Shown: piece by piece, positions 27,916 through 37,158 of the stretch
Numbering within the stretch: position 1 is the first letter of the stretch
Layout: each line of letters begins with the position of its first letter
DNA from: an uncultured Pelagibacteraceae bacterium
GTDB taxonomy: Bacteria; Pseudomonadota; Alphaproteobacteria; Pelagibacterales; Pelagibacteraceae
DNA: 64,000 nt
NCBI GenBank assembly: GCA_902597215.1
Contig: CACJWU010000002.1
Span: forward strand, 30,275 to 94,274
Direction: 5' to 3'
Made by a program: the position numbers and the translations under genes
Notes under the pieces: generated by a model
Seen by the model: only the letters and a program-made list of their open reading frames with translations
Databases searched by the model: none
What the model was told of the DNA's origin: nothing

Positions 27916-29220
27916 ATGCAATTGATTAATGATAATAGTTGTGGCTGGATAAATGATCTAAGTCCAAGAACAAATGTAAAGTCTCTAGATAAAAATTATG
28001 ATTGTGAATGGCTTATTATTGGAGCTGGTTATACAGGTTTGTCAGCTGCAAGAAAATTAGGTCAACTTTATTCAAATCAAAAAATAATATTGGTAGATGC
28101 CCAATTAGCAGGCGAGGGAGCTAGTAGCAGGAATTCTGGTTATTTAGTAGAGACTACTCTTAATGACGGTTTTACTTCTAACAAAAAGCTAGAAAATTAT
28201 AAAAAGAAGTCTGATATTTATGATCTTGGAATTGAAGTGGTAAAAAAATTTATTAAAGAATATCAAGTTGATTGTGATTGGAATGAATGTGGTAAATATT
28301 TTGCGTCATCTAGATTAGAGGATAAAAAAATACTTATAAATTTCTCTGAAACATTATCAAAATTAGATTTTAGAAATAACTTAGTTGATGAAGAAGAGTT
28401 AAAAAAAAAACTAGGAACAAGTTTTTATAATATTGGACTTTACACAAAAGGTGGAATTCTTTTACATCCAGGAAAATTGGTAAGAGCAATGATTGATACA
28501 TTGCCAAAAAATGTAGAATTATTTGAAAATTCTTCATTAATTAATTGGAAAAAAAATAACGATATTATTTTATGTACTTTTAAAGAGGCAATAATTAAAA
28601 CTAAGAAAATAATTTTTGCAACAAATGGATTTCTAAAATCATTAGGTATTAAAACAAATTATAATTTTCCTATTACACTAACTGCTAGCATGACAAGACC
28701 TTTAACTGATAAAGAATTTAAATCTATTGGAGAACCAAAAGAGTGGGGTGTTTTACCCGTAAGACCAATGGGAGCAACAATCAGAATGACAAAAGATAGA
28801 CGTATTTTAATAAGAAATACTGCAGAAGTTCATAATCCTTATAAGATGGATCAATCTGATTTAAAAAAAAGATCAACCAAACAAAAAATTGGAATTAAAA
28901 AAAGATTTCCACAATTACCCGACAATATTATTCAATCAACTTGGTCAGGTATTGTTTCTAGAACCAGAAATAGTTCACAAATTTTTGAAAAAATTGATGA
29001 AAATATTTTTGCTGCAGGTTGTTATAATGGTTCAGGAATAGGTGTTGGGACTCTATTTGGAGAGCAAATAGCGATTAAAGCTAGCAATGAACACACAAAT
29101 GAAATTGAAACTATTGAGGCTAGAAAAAAACCAACCTGTTTGCCACCACAACCTTTTTTAAATTTAGGTGTGAAAGCTAGACTTATTTATGAAAGATTAA
29201 GAGCTAGAACTGAAATTTAA
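27916..29220 (+). CDS. FAD-dependent oxidoreductase (DAO/PuuB-like)
   Basis: IIGAGYTGLSAA, GASSRNSG, GCYNGSG. Confidence 0.85.
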   Translation: MQLINDNSCGWINDLSPRTNVKSLDKNYDCEWLIIGAGYTGLSAARKLGQLYSNQKIILVDAQLAGEGASSRNSGYLVETTLNDGFTSNKKLENYKKKSDIYDLGIEVVKKFIKEYQVDCDWNECGKYFASSRLEDKKILINFSETLSKLDFRNNLVDEEELKKKLGTSFYNIGLYTKGGILLHPGKLVRAMIDTLPKNVELFENSSLINWKKNNDIILCTFKEAIIKTKKIIFATNGFLKSLGIKTNYNFPITLTASMTRPLTDKEFKSIGEPKEWGVLPVRPMGATIRMTKDRRILIRNTAEVHNPYKMDQSDLKKRSTKQKIGIKKRFPQLPDNIIQSTWSGIVSRTRNSSQIFEKIDENIFAAGCYNGSGIGVGTLFGEQIAIKASNEHTNEIETIEARKKPTCLPPQPFLNLGVKARLIYERLRARTEI

Positions 29221-29248
29221 ACTGGAGGTTATGTTGCCTGTCACCATT

Positions 29249-29368
29249 TTATAAATTCATATCAGGCCAATTTTTGTCATTAAATCTATCAATCTCTTTT
29301 TTACTAAAAGGTCTAAAAAGAATCCAACCAATTACAATTACTAAAGCTAAAAGTATTAATGTTTGCAT
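29249..29368 (-). CDS. Small single-TM hypothetical protein (39 aa)
   Basis: MQTLILLALVIVIGWILFRPFSKKEIDRFNDKNWPDMNL; starts 1 nt after the upstream gene's stop. Confidence 0.55.
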   Translation of the reverse strand: MQTLILLALVIVIGWILFRPFSKKEIDRFNDKNWPDMNL

Positions 29369-29369
29369 A

Positions 29370-30143
29370 CTATCTTATCATTGCTTTAACTGATCCTAAT
29401 TTATCGATTTTACCTGTATAAAGTCCTCTACTTTTAATCGGTACAACTCCAACTGATGAACCAGTGAAAACCCAAAAATCTTTATTTAAATTTATTTTAT
29501 CTTTTTTGACTTTATTTAAAACAAATCTTAATGAGTTAAGTGGGTTTATATATACAGTGTTTGTATTTCCAGTTACACTTTGATTAATTTTTTTGTTAGT
29601 AATATTTGTTTTTAAATTACCAATATTAATTCTTTTATACTTTTTTGCAGATCCAACTAAAAACTTTACATTAGCACCAAAATCACTACATAAGTCACCG
29701 AAAGAAGTAATTCCTTTTTTTCTTTGTCTATAACCAACTATTTCAATACATGGTGCCATATTTGAAATATATTTAGAGATATTTTTCATTGTAATTATCC
29801 CTTTAGATGAAAAGAAAGATCTTTTAATTTTATAGCAAACTTCAAGTTCGATACCTAAAGTTGATTTATTTATTTTTACACTTTTGCCACTTTTTAAAAA
29901 ATTTTTTTTATAAACTGATGCATAAAAAGGTTCTTTTTCTTTAAACTTCTTAATTAATGGAATTCCTGTTCCAGCAGCCTTGAAACCAATTACTGGTAGT
30001 TTAATTTTACTCTCACAAAGTTTTCTTAATTTTTGAGCCTCTAAAAGTTTCCTAGTATATTTTGAGGGAATTGGAGCAATAATTTTGTTTTTTAGAAATG
30101 CCTTTACAAGTTTATCAGAAGTTTTCTCAATTAAAGTTTTCAT
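29370..30143 (-). CDS. FAH superfamily protein (2-keto-4-pentenoate hydratase-like)
   Basis: IGFKAAGT, GIELEV, PCIEIV, SDFGAN, VFTGS. Confidence 0.78.
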   Translation of the reverse strand: MKTLIEKTSDKLVKAFLKNKIIAPIPSKYTRKLLEAQKLRKLCESKIKLPVIGFKAAGTGIPLIKKFKEKEPFYASVYKKNFLKSGKSVKINKSTLGIELEVCYKIKRSFFSSKGIITMKNISKYISNMAPCIEIVGYRQRKKGITSFGDLCSDFGANVKFLVGSAKKYKRINIGNLKTNITNKKINQSVTGNTNTVYINPLNSLRFVLNKVKKDKINLNKDFWVFTGSSVGVVPIKSRGLYTGKIDKLGSVKAMIR

Positions 30144-30147
30144 ATTA

Positions 30148-30951
30148 TTAGTTTAACAATGACATTGGATCGAGTCTAGTTTGAAACCAATTTACCCTAA
30201 AATCTAAGTGAGGACCTGTAGATCTTCCAGTTGAACCAACTGTACCTATAATATCTCCTTGATTTATTTGATCACCAACTGAAACCATAACATTTTCTAA
30301 ATGTGAATATATAGTTGAAATACCGTGACCATGATCCATTATTATAGTTCCACCAGTATAATATAGGTCATCCTCAGCCATTGTCACCGTTCCAGATGCT
30401 GATGATTTTATCAATGTTCCTTTTTTTGCTGCAATATCAATTCCGTAGTGAGGCCATTTAGGTTTACCATTAAGAATTCTTTGACTGCCATAAACACCAC
30501 TTATAATACCTTTTACTGGCATAATGAATTGATCTTTAAAAAAAGGTAAATTTGAATTTACCGCTCTTGCTTCACCAATTTTATTATTTTCTTCTCTAAT
30601 TCTTTTGTACACAGATTCTGGTGGTGTGACTTTGTTTTCTGGCAAACCATCTATTCTTTGTATCCTGTATTTTCGTTTTAAAACTTTTTTTGTGATAATC
30701 TCTTTTTTTCCATTAAGTGTTTTTGTTATCAAAACATCAAATTTTCTATCTCTATCAAGACCAAATACAAAATATCCGTCTTTAGAAACTTTAACTTCTT
30801 TTTTATCTATAATTATTTTTGATGATGGATCAGTGATACCAATAATGAAATGACCTTGAAAAAAATCACCTTTAAACTCAATCGCATTAAGATTTGTAGA
30901 ACAAAAAAAAGATATTAAAAGAAATAATATAATCTTTATTTTGCTGTCCAT
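30148..30951 (-). CDS. M23 family metallopeptidase
   Basis: HYGIDIAA, YSHL, GSTGRSTGPHLD; signal peptide. Confidence 0.93.
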   Translation of the reverse strand: MDSKIKIILFLLISFFCSTNLNAIEFKGDFFQGHFIIGITDPSSKIIIDKKEVKVSKDGYFVFGLDRDRKFDVLITKTLNGKKEIITKKVLKRKYRIQRIDGLPENKVTPPESVYKRIREENNKIGEARAVNSNLPFFKDQFIMPVKGIISGVYGSQRILNGKPKWPHYGIDIAAKKGTLIKSSASGTVTMAEDDLYYTGGTIIMDHGHGISTIYSHLENVMVSVGDQINQGDIIGTVGSTGRSTGPHLDFRVNWFQTRLDPMSLLN

Positions 30952-31703
30952 CCGCCATCCACTAATAATGAAGTTCCCGTGATCATCGATGCTGCATCGG
31001 ATGCAAGAAAAACGGTAGCAGAAGCTATTTCGGATAACTCAGCAAATCTTCCAAGAGGTATATTACTTAACATATCTCTTTTAAATTTTTTATCTTTTAG
31101 AAATTTTCTTGTCATTGGAGTGACTACAAATGTCGGACAAATAGTATTTACTCTAATATTATATTTTGCCAAATCGATTGACATTCCTTTTGTAAGACCT
31201 TCTAGACCAAATTTAGTCATGTTATATACACTTCTAATAGGTCCACCAACATGACCCATTTGTGATGACATATTAATTATTGCACCACCTATTTTTTTTC
31301 TATTTTTCGTTTCAATCATTTTCAATGCGCATAATTGGGCAAGATTGAAAGTTGCTATAGTGTTAATCTTAACCAAATATTCCATGTCTTTTGTTTTTAC
31401 TTTAGTAAAATGTTCAGGAATATTGTTGCCAGCGTTATTAACCAAAATATCTATTTTTGGAATTTTATTTATGATTTGTTTAATTTCATTATATTTAGTT
31501 ATATCACATACATAAGATTTACATTTTGACTTAAACTTTTTAATTTTTTTTGATACTTCATTAAGATCTTTCTGAGTTCTACTAATAATTATTAGATTTG
31601 CGCCAGCCTCAGCAAGAGCTATAGCACAAGCTCTCCCTAAGCCTTTACCTGCACCAGTAACGACTGCAGTTTTACTATTAAGATTATATTTTTTTAAATA
31701 CAT
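30936..31703 (-). CDS. SDR oxidoreductase, HpsO-like (candidate dihydroxypropanesulfonate 2-dehydrogenase)
   Basis: TGAGKGLG, NNAG, SSQMGHVGG, YNMTK, ICPTF. The SDR call is secure; the substrate is inferred. Confidence 0.8.
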   Translation of the reverse strand: MYLKKYNLNSKTAVVTGAGKGLGRACAIALAEAGANLIIISRTQKDLNEVSKKIKKFKSKCKSYVCDITKYNEIKQIINKIPKIDILVNNAGNNIPEHFTKVKTKDMEYLVKINTIATFNLAQLCALKMIETKNRKKIGGAIINMSSQMGHVGGPIRSVYNMTKFGLEGLTKGMSIDLAKYNIRVNTICPTFVVTPMTRKFLKDKKFKRDMLSNIPLGRFAELSEIASATVFLASDAASMITGTSLLVDGGWTAK

Positions 31704-32296
31704 TATAAAAATAATATTTGAATATCTGTATAAATCAATTCAATAGCTACAATTAATATTGCTATTAATCCTGCCCAAGCAATCCATTTATATTTTTTAA
31801 TCCAATTTGAAATTAATGTTGCTGCAAAAGCCATTAGTGCAATTGATAAAACAAGACCAAATATAAGTAGTTTATAATGATCTCCAGCAGCGCCAGCAAC
31901 CCCTAATACATTGTCTAAGCTCATCGTAAAATCTGCTAACAGAATTGTCCAAATAGCTTTCAAAAAACTTGAATTGTCAACTTTAACATCCTCTTTATGG
32001 TCTGAACCTTTGATTACATCTGTGTAAAGTTTGTAAACAATATAGAGCAGAAGTAATCCGCCTAACAATCTTAATCCTGTTATTTGCAGCAAGTATGCAG
32101 TCAACAAGGTCAAAATAATCCTTAGAACAACTGCACCCCCTATACCCCAAAAAATGATTTTTTTTCTTTGTTCTAAAGGAAATTTTGATGCCACCATTCC
32201 AATTATAATTGCATTATCTCCAGCTAAAACTAAATCGATTAAAATGATTTGGGTTAAAATTGTTAATTGCTCTGGAGTAAATAATTCAGCAAACAT
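31703..32296 (-). CDS. TerC family (YjbE-like) membrane protein
   Basis: IDLVLAGDNAIII and ADFTMSLDNVLGVAGAA. Confidence 0.92.
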   Translation of the reverse strand: MFAELFTPEQLTILTQIILIDLVLAGDNAIIIGMVASKFPLEQRKKIIFWGIGGAVVLRIILTLLTAYLLQITGLRLLGGLLLLYIVYKLYTDVIKGSDHKEDVKVDNSSFLKAIWTILLADFTMSLDNVLGVAGAAGDHYKLLIFGLVLSIALMAFAATLISNWIKKYKWIAWAGLIAILIVAIELIYTDIQILFL

Positions 32297-33891
32297 TAAC
32301 TTCTTAGTATCATATCCGCACCTTTTTCTGCAATCATAATTGTTGGAGCATTAGTATTTCCTGAGGTGATGTTTGGCATTATTGATGCATCAACAACTCT
32401 TAAATTTTTAATACCTTTTACTTTTAATTTTTCATCAACTACAGCCATATCATCTTGACCCATTTTACATGTACCAACTGGATGAAAAATAGTTTGAGTA
32501 AAATTTGAGCCAGCTTTAACTAATTCCTCATCATTATTAATATCTATTCCTGGTCTATATTCTTCAGGTTTATATTTCTTAAAAGTTTCTGACTCCATTA
32601 CAATTTTTCTTGTGAGTTTTAATCCTTTAGCTGCTACCATTCGATCATGTTCAGTTGAAAGATAATTCATTTTAATTTTTGCATATGTTCTAGAGTCTTT
32701 ATCTACAATACTAACATTACCTCTGCTGGTAGGTCTAATATTTGAAACTGTTGGTGTAAAAGCATGAAAGTCATGATTTTTTGTTGCTCCTAAGGTATCC
32801 ATACTCATTGGCTGTACATGCCACTGAAGATCAGGTAACTCCAATGCAGGATCACTTTTTGCAAACATACACATTTGACTAGCACCCATTGTCATAGGTC
32901 CACTGCGATTAAAAATGTATTCTAAACCAATCATAAAGTTTCCAAACAAACTGTTTATTTTTTTGTTAAGGGATTTAAGTCCATGAATTTTATAAATTGG
33001 TCTAAACATTAAATGATCTTGTAAATTTTCACCCACTCCTTTTAATTCTTGAATTATATCAATACCTAAATTTTTAAGTTTTTGGGAGTCTCCAATACCA
33101 GATGTTTGTAAAATTTGAGGAGAGCCAATAGAACCTGATGCAAGAATTATTTCTTTATTACAAGTTTTTTTTTTCAATTCATTATCTATCCAATATTCAA
33201 CTGCTTTTGCAGTTTTGTCTTCAAAATTTATTTTTTTGACGTGTGCATTTGTAATAATAGATAAATTTTTCCTATTCTTAATTGGATTCAAATACCCAAC
33301 AGCCGTACTACATCTAAAACCATCCTTTTCTGTCACTTGAAAATATCCACATCCATAATTATCTCCAGTATTAAAATCTTTAGTTTTAGGAATGCCAAAT
33401 TCTTCAGCCGCATTTTGAAATTCGTTCAATAAAGGAAGTTGAATTCTTTGATCTGAAACAGAAAGTGGTCCTCCCACACCATGATAATCATCTTTGCCCC
33501 TTTCTTGATTTTCAGCTTTAATAAAATAAGGAAGAACATCGTCCCAACCCCAACCGGTATTTCCTAATTGACGCCAAATATCGTAATCTCTACTTTGTCC
33601 TCTTATATATAGTAAACCATTAATTGATGAGCTACCACCTAGTGTTTTTCCTCTTGGATAACGAATAGATCTTCCATTCATTGTTTCATCTGGCTCAGTT
33701 TTATAGCACCAATCAACTGACGGATTATGCATAGTTTTAAAATAACCCACAGGTATATGTATCCATGGATAATTATCTTTTCCGCCTGCTTCAATTAACA
33801 AAACTTTATTAGAAGAATTCTCTGACAATCGATTAGCAAGAACACATCCTGCGGAACCAGCACCAATAATAATGTAATCAAAATTTTCCAT
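32296..33891 (-). CDS. GMC oxidoreductase (choline dehydrogenase family; candidate isethionate dehydrogenase IseJ-like)
   Basis: DYIIIGAGSAG, PRGKTLGGSSSING, GENLQDH, FHPVGTC, GNTNAP. Start re-called at MENFDY. Confidence 0.9.
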   Translation of the reverse strand: MENFDYIIIGAGSAGCVLANRLSENSSNKVLLIEAGGKDNYPWIHIPVGYFKTMHNPSVDWCYKTEPDETMNGRSIRYPRGKTLGGSSSINGLLYIRGQSRDYDIWRQLGNTGWGWDDVLPYFIKAENQERGKDDYHGVGGPLSVSDQRIQLPLLNEFQNAAEEFGIPKTKDFNTGDNYGCGYFQVTEKDGFRCSTAVGYLNPIKNRKNLSIITNAHVKKINFEDKTAKAVEYWIDNELKKKTCNKEIILASGSIGSPQILQTSGIGDSQKLKNLGIDIIQELKGVGENLQDHLMFRPIYKIHGLKSLNKKINSLFGNFMIGLEYIFNRSGPMTMGASQMCMFAKSDPALELPDLQWHVQPMSMDTLGATKNHDFHAFTPTVSNIRPTSRGNVSIVDKDSRTYAKIKMNYLSTEHDRMVAAKGLKLTRKIVMESETFKKYKPEEYRPGIDINNDEELVKAGSNFTQTIFHPVGTCKMGQDDMAVVDEKLKVKGIKNLRVVDASIMPNITSGNTNAPTIMIAEKGADMILRS

Positions 33892-34023
33892 TAAAGGTTG
33901 AATCGTTTTTAAGTTTTCTTTATCTATAATTTTTACACTTATATTAATCAATTGTCACTTGTGTCAGCATTGTTTTTCTGATTGTATGGATCACGTTAAA
34001 TTTAACTAACAATAGGAAATATA

Positions 34024-35118
34024 ATGAAAAAAATCATTTCAATGTTATTTGCAACTGTTTTGGTACTTGGATTTACATCTAATGCTAATGCTGCAAAAAC
34101 ACTTAAATGTCAGACAGTTCTTAACACTAAAGCTGATGAAGTTAAAATGTTAAAGGACTTTACTGATACGGTAACTGCACTAACAGGCGGATCTTTGAAG
34201 TTTGAAATTCTACCTGCGGGTGCTGTTGTAGGGGTTAAAGAGACTCTAGATGCAGTCGACAAGGGATTAATTGATTGTGGATTTGCATGGACACACTATT
34301 GGTCAGGCGATCATCCTGCTGCTATGTTGTTTGGTTCTCCAGTAGCTGGTGGTGGAGTTGGTATTGATAACTTAGCTTTCTTATCATGGTTTCAATATGG
34401 TGGTGGTAAAGAATTGTACGACCAATTATGGAAAGAAATGGGAAGAGACATTAAAGGATTTATGCTTCAACCAGTTGGTCCAGAAGCTTTAGGTTGGTTT
34501 CCAAAACCAATTAAAGATATGGCTGATTTTAGAAAATATAAATTCAGAACTCCTCCAGGAATTCCAGGACAAACTTATAAAGATATTGGTATAGCATCTG
34601 TTGCTATGGGTGGTGGAGACATTTTACCAGCTTTGGAAGCGGGAACTATTGATGCTGCTGAGTGGTGTTGTCCAAAACCTGATTTAACATTTGGTTTTCA
34701 AAAAGTATTAAAGCACTACTATTTACAAGGTCTGCACCAAGTAGTAGTTAATGCTGACTTTTATATTACTGGAAAAACTTATAAAGCTATGAGTGCGCAT
34801 GAGAAGAAGTCTCTTGAAGTTGCTGCTAATGCTTCATTAGCTAAATCTTTAAGTTACAGAATCTATGAAAATGGAAAAGCTTTACAAGAACTTACTACAA
34901 AGCACGGAGTAATTTTAGAAGATACTCCATCTGACTACTTTACTGAATATATGGCTGCTGCAAAAGCAACATTGAATAAAAACGCTGAGAAGAATAAATT
35001 CTTCAATGAAGTTTATACTTCAATGAAAAACTTCGCTGATGTTGCTGTTCCTTTTTGGAGTGGTGCTCAAATGTCTAATGCGAAGCTAGGAATGGCTCAC
35101 GCAGCAACATTAAAGTAA
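34024..35118 (+). CDS. dctP: TRAP transporter substrate-binding protein
   Basis: Signal peptide, ILPAGAVV, GWFPKPI, KFRTP, GTIDAAEW. Confidence 0.93.
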   Translation: MKKIISMLFATVLVLGFTSNANAAKTLKCQTVLNTKADEVKMLKDFTDTVTALTGGSLKFEILPAGAVVGVKETLDAVDKGLIDCGFAWTHYWSGDHPAAMLFGSPVAGGGVGIDNLAFLSWFQYGGGKELYDQLWKEMGRDIKGFMLQPVGPEALGWFPKPIKDMADFRKYKFRTPPGIPGQTYKDIGIASVAMGGGDILPALEAGTIDAAEWCCPKPDLTFGFQKVLKHYYLQGLHQVVVNADFYITGKTYKAMSAHEKKSLEVAANASLAKSLSYRIYENGKALQELTTKHGVILEDTPSDYFTEYMAAAKATLNKNAEKNKFFNEVYTSMKNFADVAVPFWSGAQMSNAKLGMAHAATLK

Positions 35119-35138
35119 TCAGTAATTAATCTTGATTT

Positions 35139-35174
35139 AATTAGAGCGGACTAAAACGTCCGCTCTAATTTTTT
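35139..35174 (+). terminator. Hairpin after dctP (terminator or mRNA stabiliser)
   Basis: AATTAGAGCGGAC-TAAAAC-GTCCGCTCTAATT, a perfect 13-bp stem, followed by TTTT. Confidence 0.85.
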
Positions 35175-35187
35175 AAATTAGAATTTT

Positions 35188-35802
35188 ATGGCAGACGAAC
35201 CTAGTAAACTAGATATATCAGATGAAATGATTGCCGAAAGGCGAGGTGGTTCGGGAAAAATGCCTGATGACATGCCAGTATGGATGGCAAAATCTATAAT
35301 TAATATTGATAAGTTTAGTAAATGGATTGGAAACATAGTTTGCTGGATATTGATGCCATTAATTTTTGCAATGACTTATGAAGTTCTTGCTAGAAAATTA
35401 TTTTTAGCACCAACAATTTGGGCATACGATATTAGTCGTTTTCTTTATGGAGCATTATTTATGCTTGGTGCTGGATATGCTCTATCTAGAGGAGTTCATA
35501 TACGAGCAGATTTTTTATACAGAAATTTTAAAACAAAAAAACAAGGTCTTATAGATTTTTGGTTATATCTATTATTTTATTTTCCTGGATTAATTGTTTT
35601 TCTTTATATGACAATCGGGTTTGTTGGCGAGTCTATTCAAAGAGGCGAAAGAGGGATGGATACTACCTGGATGCCATATATGTGGCCAATAAAAACATGT
35701 TTATTAATTGGAATTATATTTCTACTTATTCAAGGAGTTTCTGAATTATTTAAAAGTTATTGGGCTGCAAAAAAAGGTGAGTGGCCAGGAGAAAGAAAAT
35801 GA
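35188..35802 (+). CDS. dctQ: TRAP transporter small permease
   Basis: Four TM segments, YEVLARKLFLAPTIW, HIRAD. Confidence 0.92.
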   Translation: MADEPSKLDISDEMIAERRGGSGKMPDDMPVWMAKSIINIDKFSKWIGNIVCWILMPLIFAMTYEVLARKLFLAPTIWAYDISRFLYGALFMLGAGYALSRGVHIRADFLYRNFKTKKQGLIDFWLYLLFYFPGLIVFLYMTIGFVGESIQRGERGMDTTWMPYMWPIKTCLLIGIIFLLIQGVSELFKSYWAAKKGEWPGERK

Positions 35803-37133
35803 TAGCTGAGTTTATAGACCCAGCAATTCTAGGCTTTATTTTAGTTGGTGTAATGCTTTTTGCAATCTTTGTAGGATTTCCAATTTCATTTACGTTAATT
35901 TTTTTAGGTTTTGTATTTGGTTATCTTGGATTTGGAAAATTAGTATTCTATTTAATGACCTTACAATTTTCTATGGTCATGACTGAACAAACTCTCGCTG
36001 CAGTACCGCTTTTTGTTTTTATGGGAATTATGATGGAACAAGCTGGATTAATGGAGAGATTGTTTTCAGCTTTTCAAATGATGTTAGCAAAAGTCAAAGG
36101 TTCTTTGTATTATGCTGTTTTATTTGTGTCCGTAATTTTTGCTGCCGCAACTGGTATTGTTGGAGCGTCTGTCACAATTCTTGGAATTATGGCTGCAAAA
36201 TCTATGAATAGATCTGGTTACGATGTTAAACTTGCCGCTGGAACTATTACAGCTGGAGGCACTTTGGGAATATTAATCCCGCCAAGTATTATGCTTGTTG
36301 TCATGGGGCCTATAATGGAAATTCCGGTAATTGATTTGTTTGCAGCAGCAATACTACCTGGGATTCTTCTTGCTAGTTTATATGCTGGTTACACAACAAT
36401 TAGATGTATGATTAATCCTAAACTTGGGCCAGTTTTACCTGATGATATGAGGGCTGCAAGTATGAAAGAAGTATGGATTGAGTTTTTCTTAGGCTTAGTG
36501 CCACCTGCAGCTTTAGTCTTTGCTGCATTAGGGAGTATTTTATTTGGTTTTGCAACTCCAACAGAAGCAGCAGGATGTGGAGCAATGGGTGCTTTACTTC
36601 TTTCCTTGGCTTATAAAAAACTTACATTTTCTAAACTTCAAGATGCATTAGTTAAAACTTTGGAAATAACTGCTTTAATAATGGTTTTAGTTGCGGCTTC
36701 AAACTTTTTTGGTGCAGTATTTGCAAGATTAGGCACTCCAACTTTATTAACTGAGTTTTTGTTGGGTCTAGAGATGAACAAGTATCTAATTTTAGCAATG
36801 ATCATGGTTATGATATTTTTATTAGGATGGCCATTAGAATGGGTACCAATTGTGATGATTATAGTCCCAATTATTTTACCCTTAGTAGAAGCGTTAGGTT
36901 TTAATTTAACATGGTTTGCAATATTAGTTGCAGTCAATTTACAAACCGCCTGGTTATCTCCACCAGTTGCACTGTCAGCATATTTCCTGAAAGGTGTTGT
37001 GCCGGAATGGGATCTAAAAGATATCTATTATGGAATGATGCAGTTTATGGTCTTGCAGGTTTTTGGTTTAATATTAATTATAATATTTCCTAAAATTGCT
37101 CTTTGGTTGCCAACTCTCTTATATGGACAGTAG
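35799..37133 (+). CDS. dctM: TRAP transporter large permease
   Basis: AVPLFVFMG, GGTLGILIPPS, ATPTEAA, LSPPVA. Start re-called at MIAEFI (ATGA overlap). Confidence 0.94.
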   Translation: MIAEFIDPAILGFILVGVMLFAIFVGFPISFTLIFLGFVFGYLGFGKLVFYLMTLQFSMVMTEQTLAAVPLFVFMGIMMEQAGLMERLFSAFQMMLAKVKGSLYYAVLFVSVIFAAATGIVGASVTILGIMAAKSMNRSGYDVKLAAGTITAGGTLGILIPPSIMLVVMGPIMEIPVIDLFAAAILPGILLASLYAGYTTIRCMINPKLGPVLPDDMRAASMKEVWIEFFLGLVPPAALVFAALGSILFGFATPTEAAGCGAMGALLLSLAYKKLTFSKLQDALVKTLEITALIMVLVAASNFFGAVFARLGTPTLLTEFLLGLEMNKYLILAMIMVMIFLLGWPLEWVPIVMIIVPIILPLVEALGFNLTWFAILVAVNLQTAWLSPPVALSAYFLKGVVPEWDLKDIYYGMMQFMVLQVFGLILIIIFPKIALWLPTLLYGQ

Positions 37134-37158
37134 AAAATTTAAGTTTTATATTGTGTAA

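Noticed and set aside
29221-29254. GGAGG followed by ATG TTG CCT GTC ACC ATT TTA TAA (MLPVTIL)
   Set aside because: The SD-to-ATG spacing is only 2 nt and the ORF is 7 codons. It could be a gene remnant but cannot be supported.
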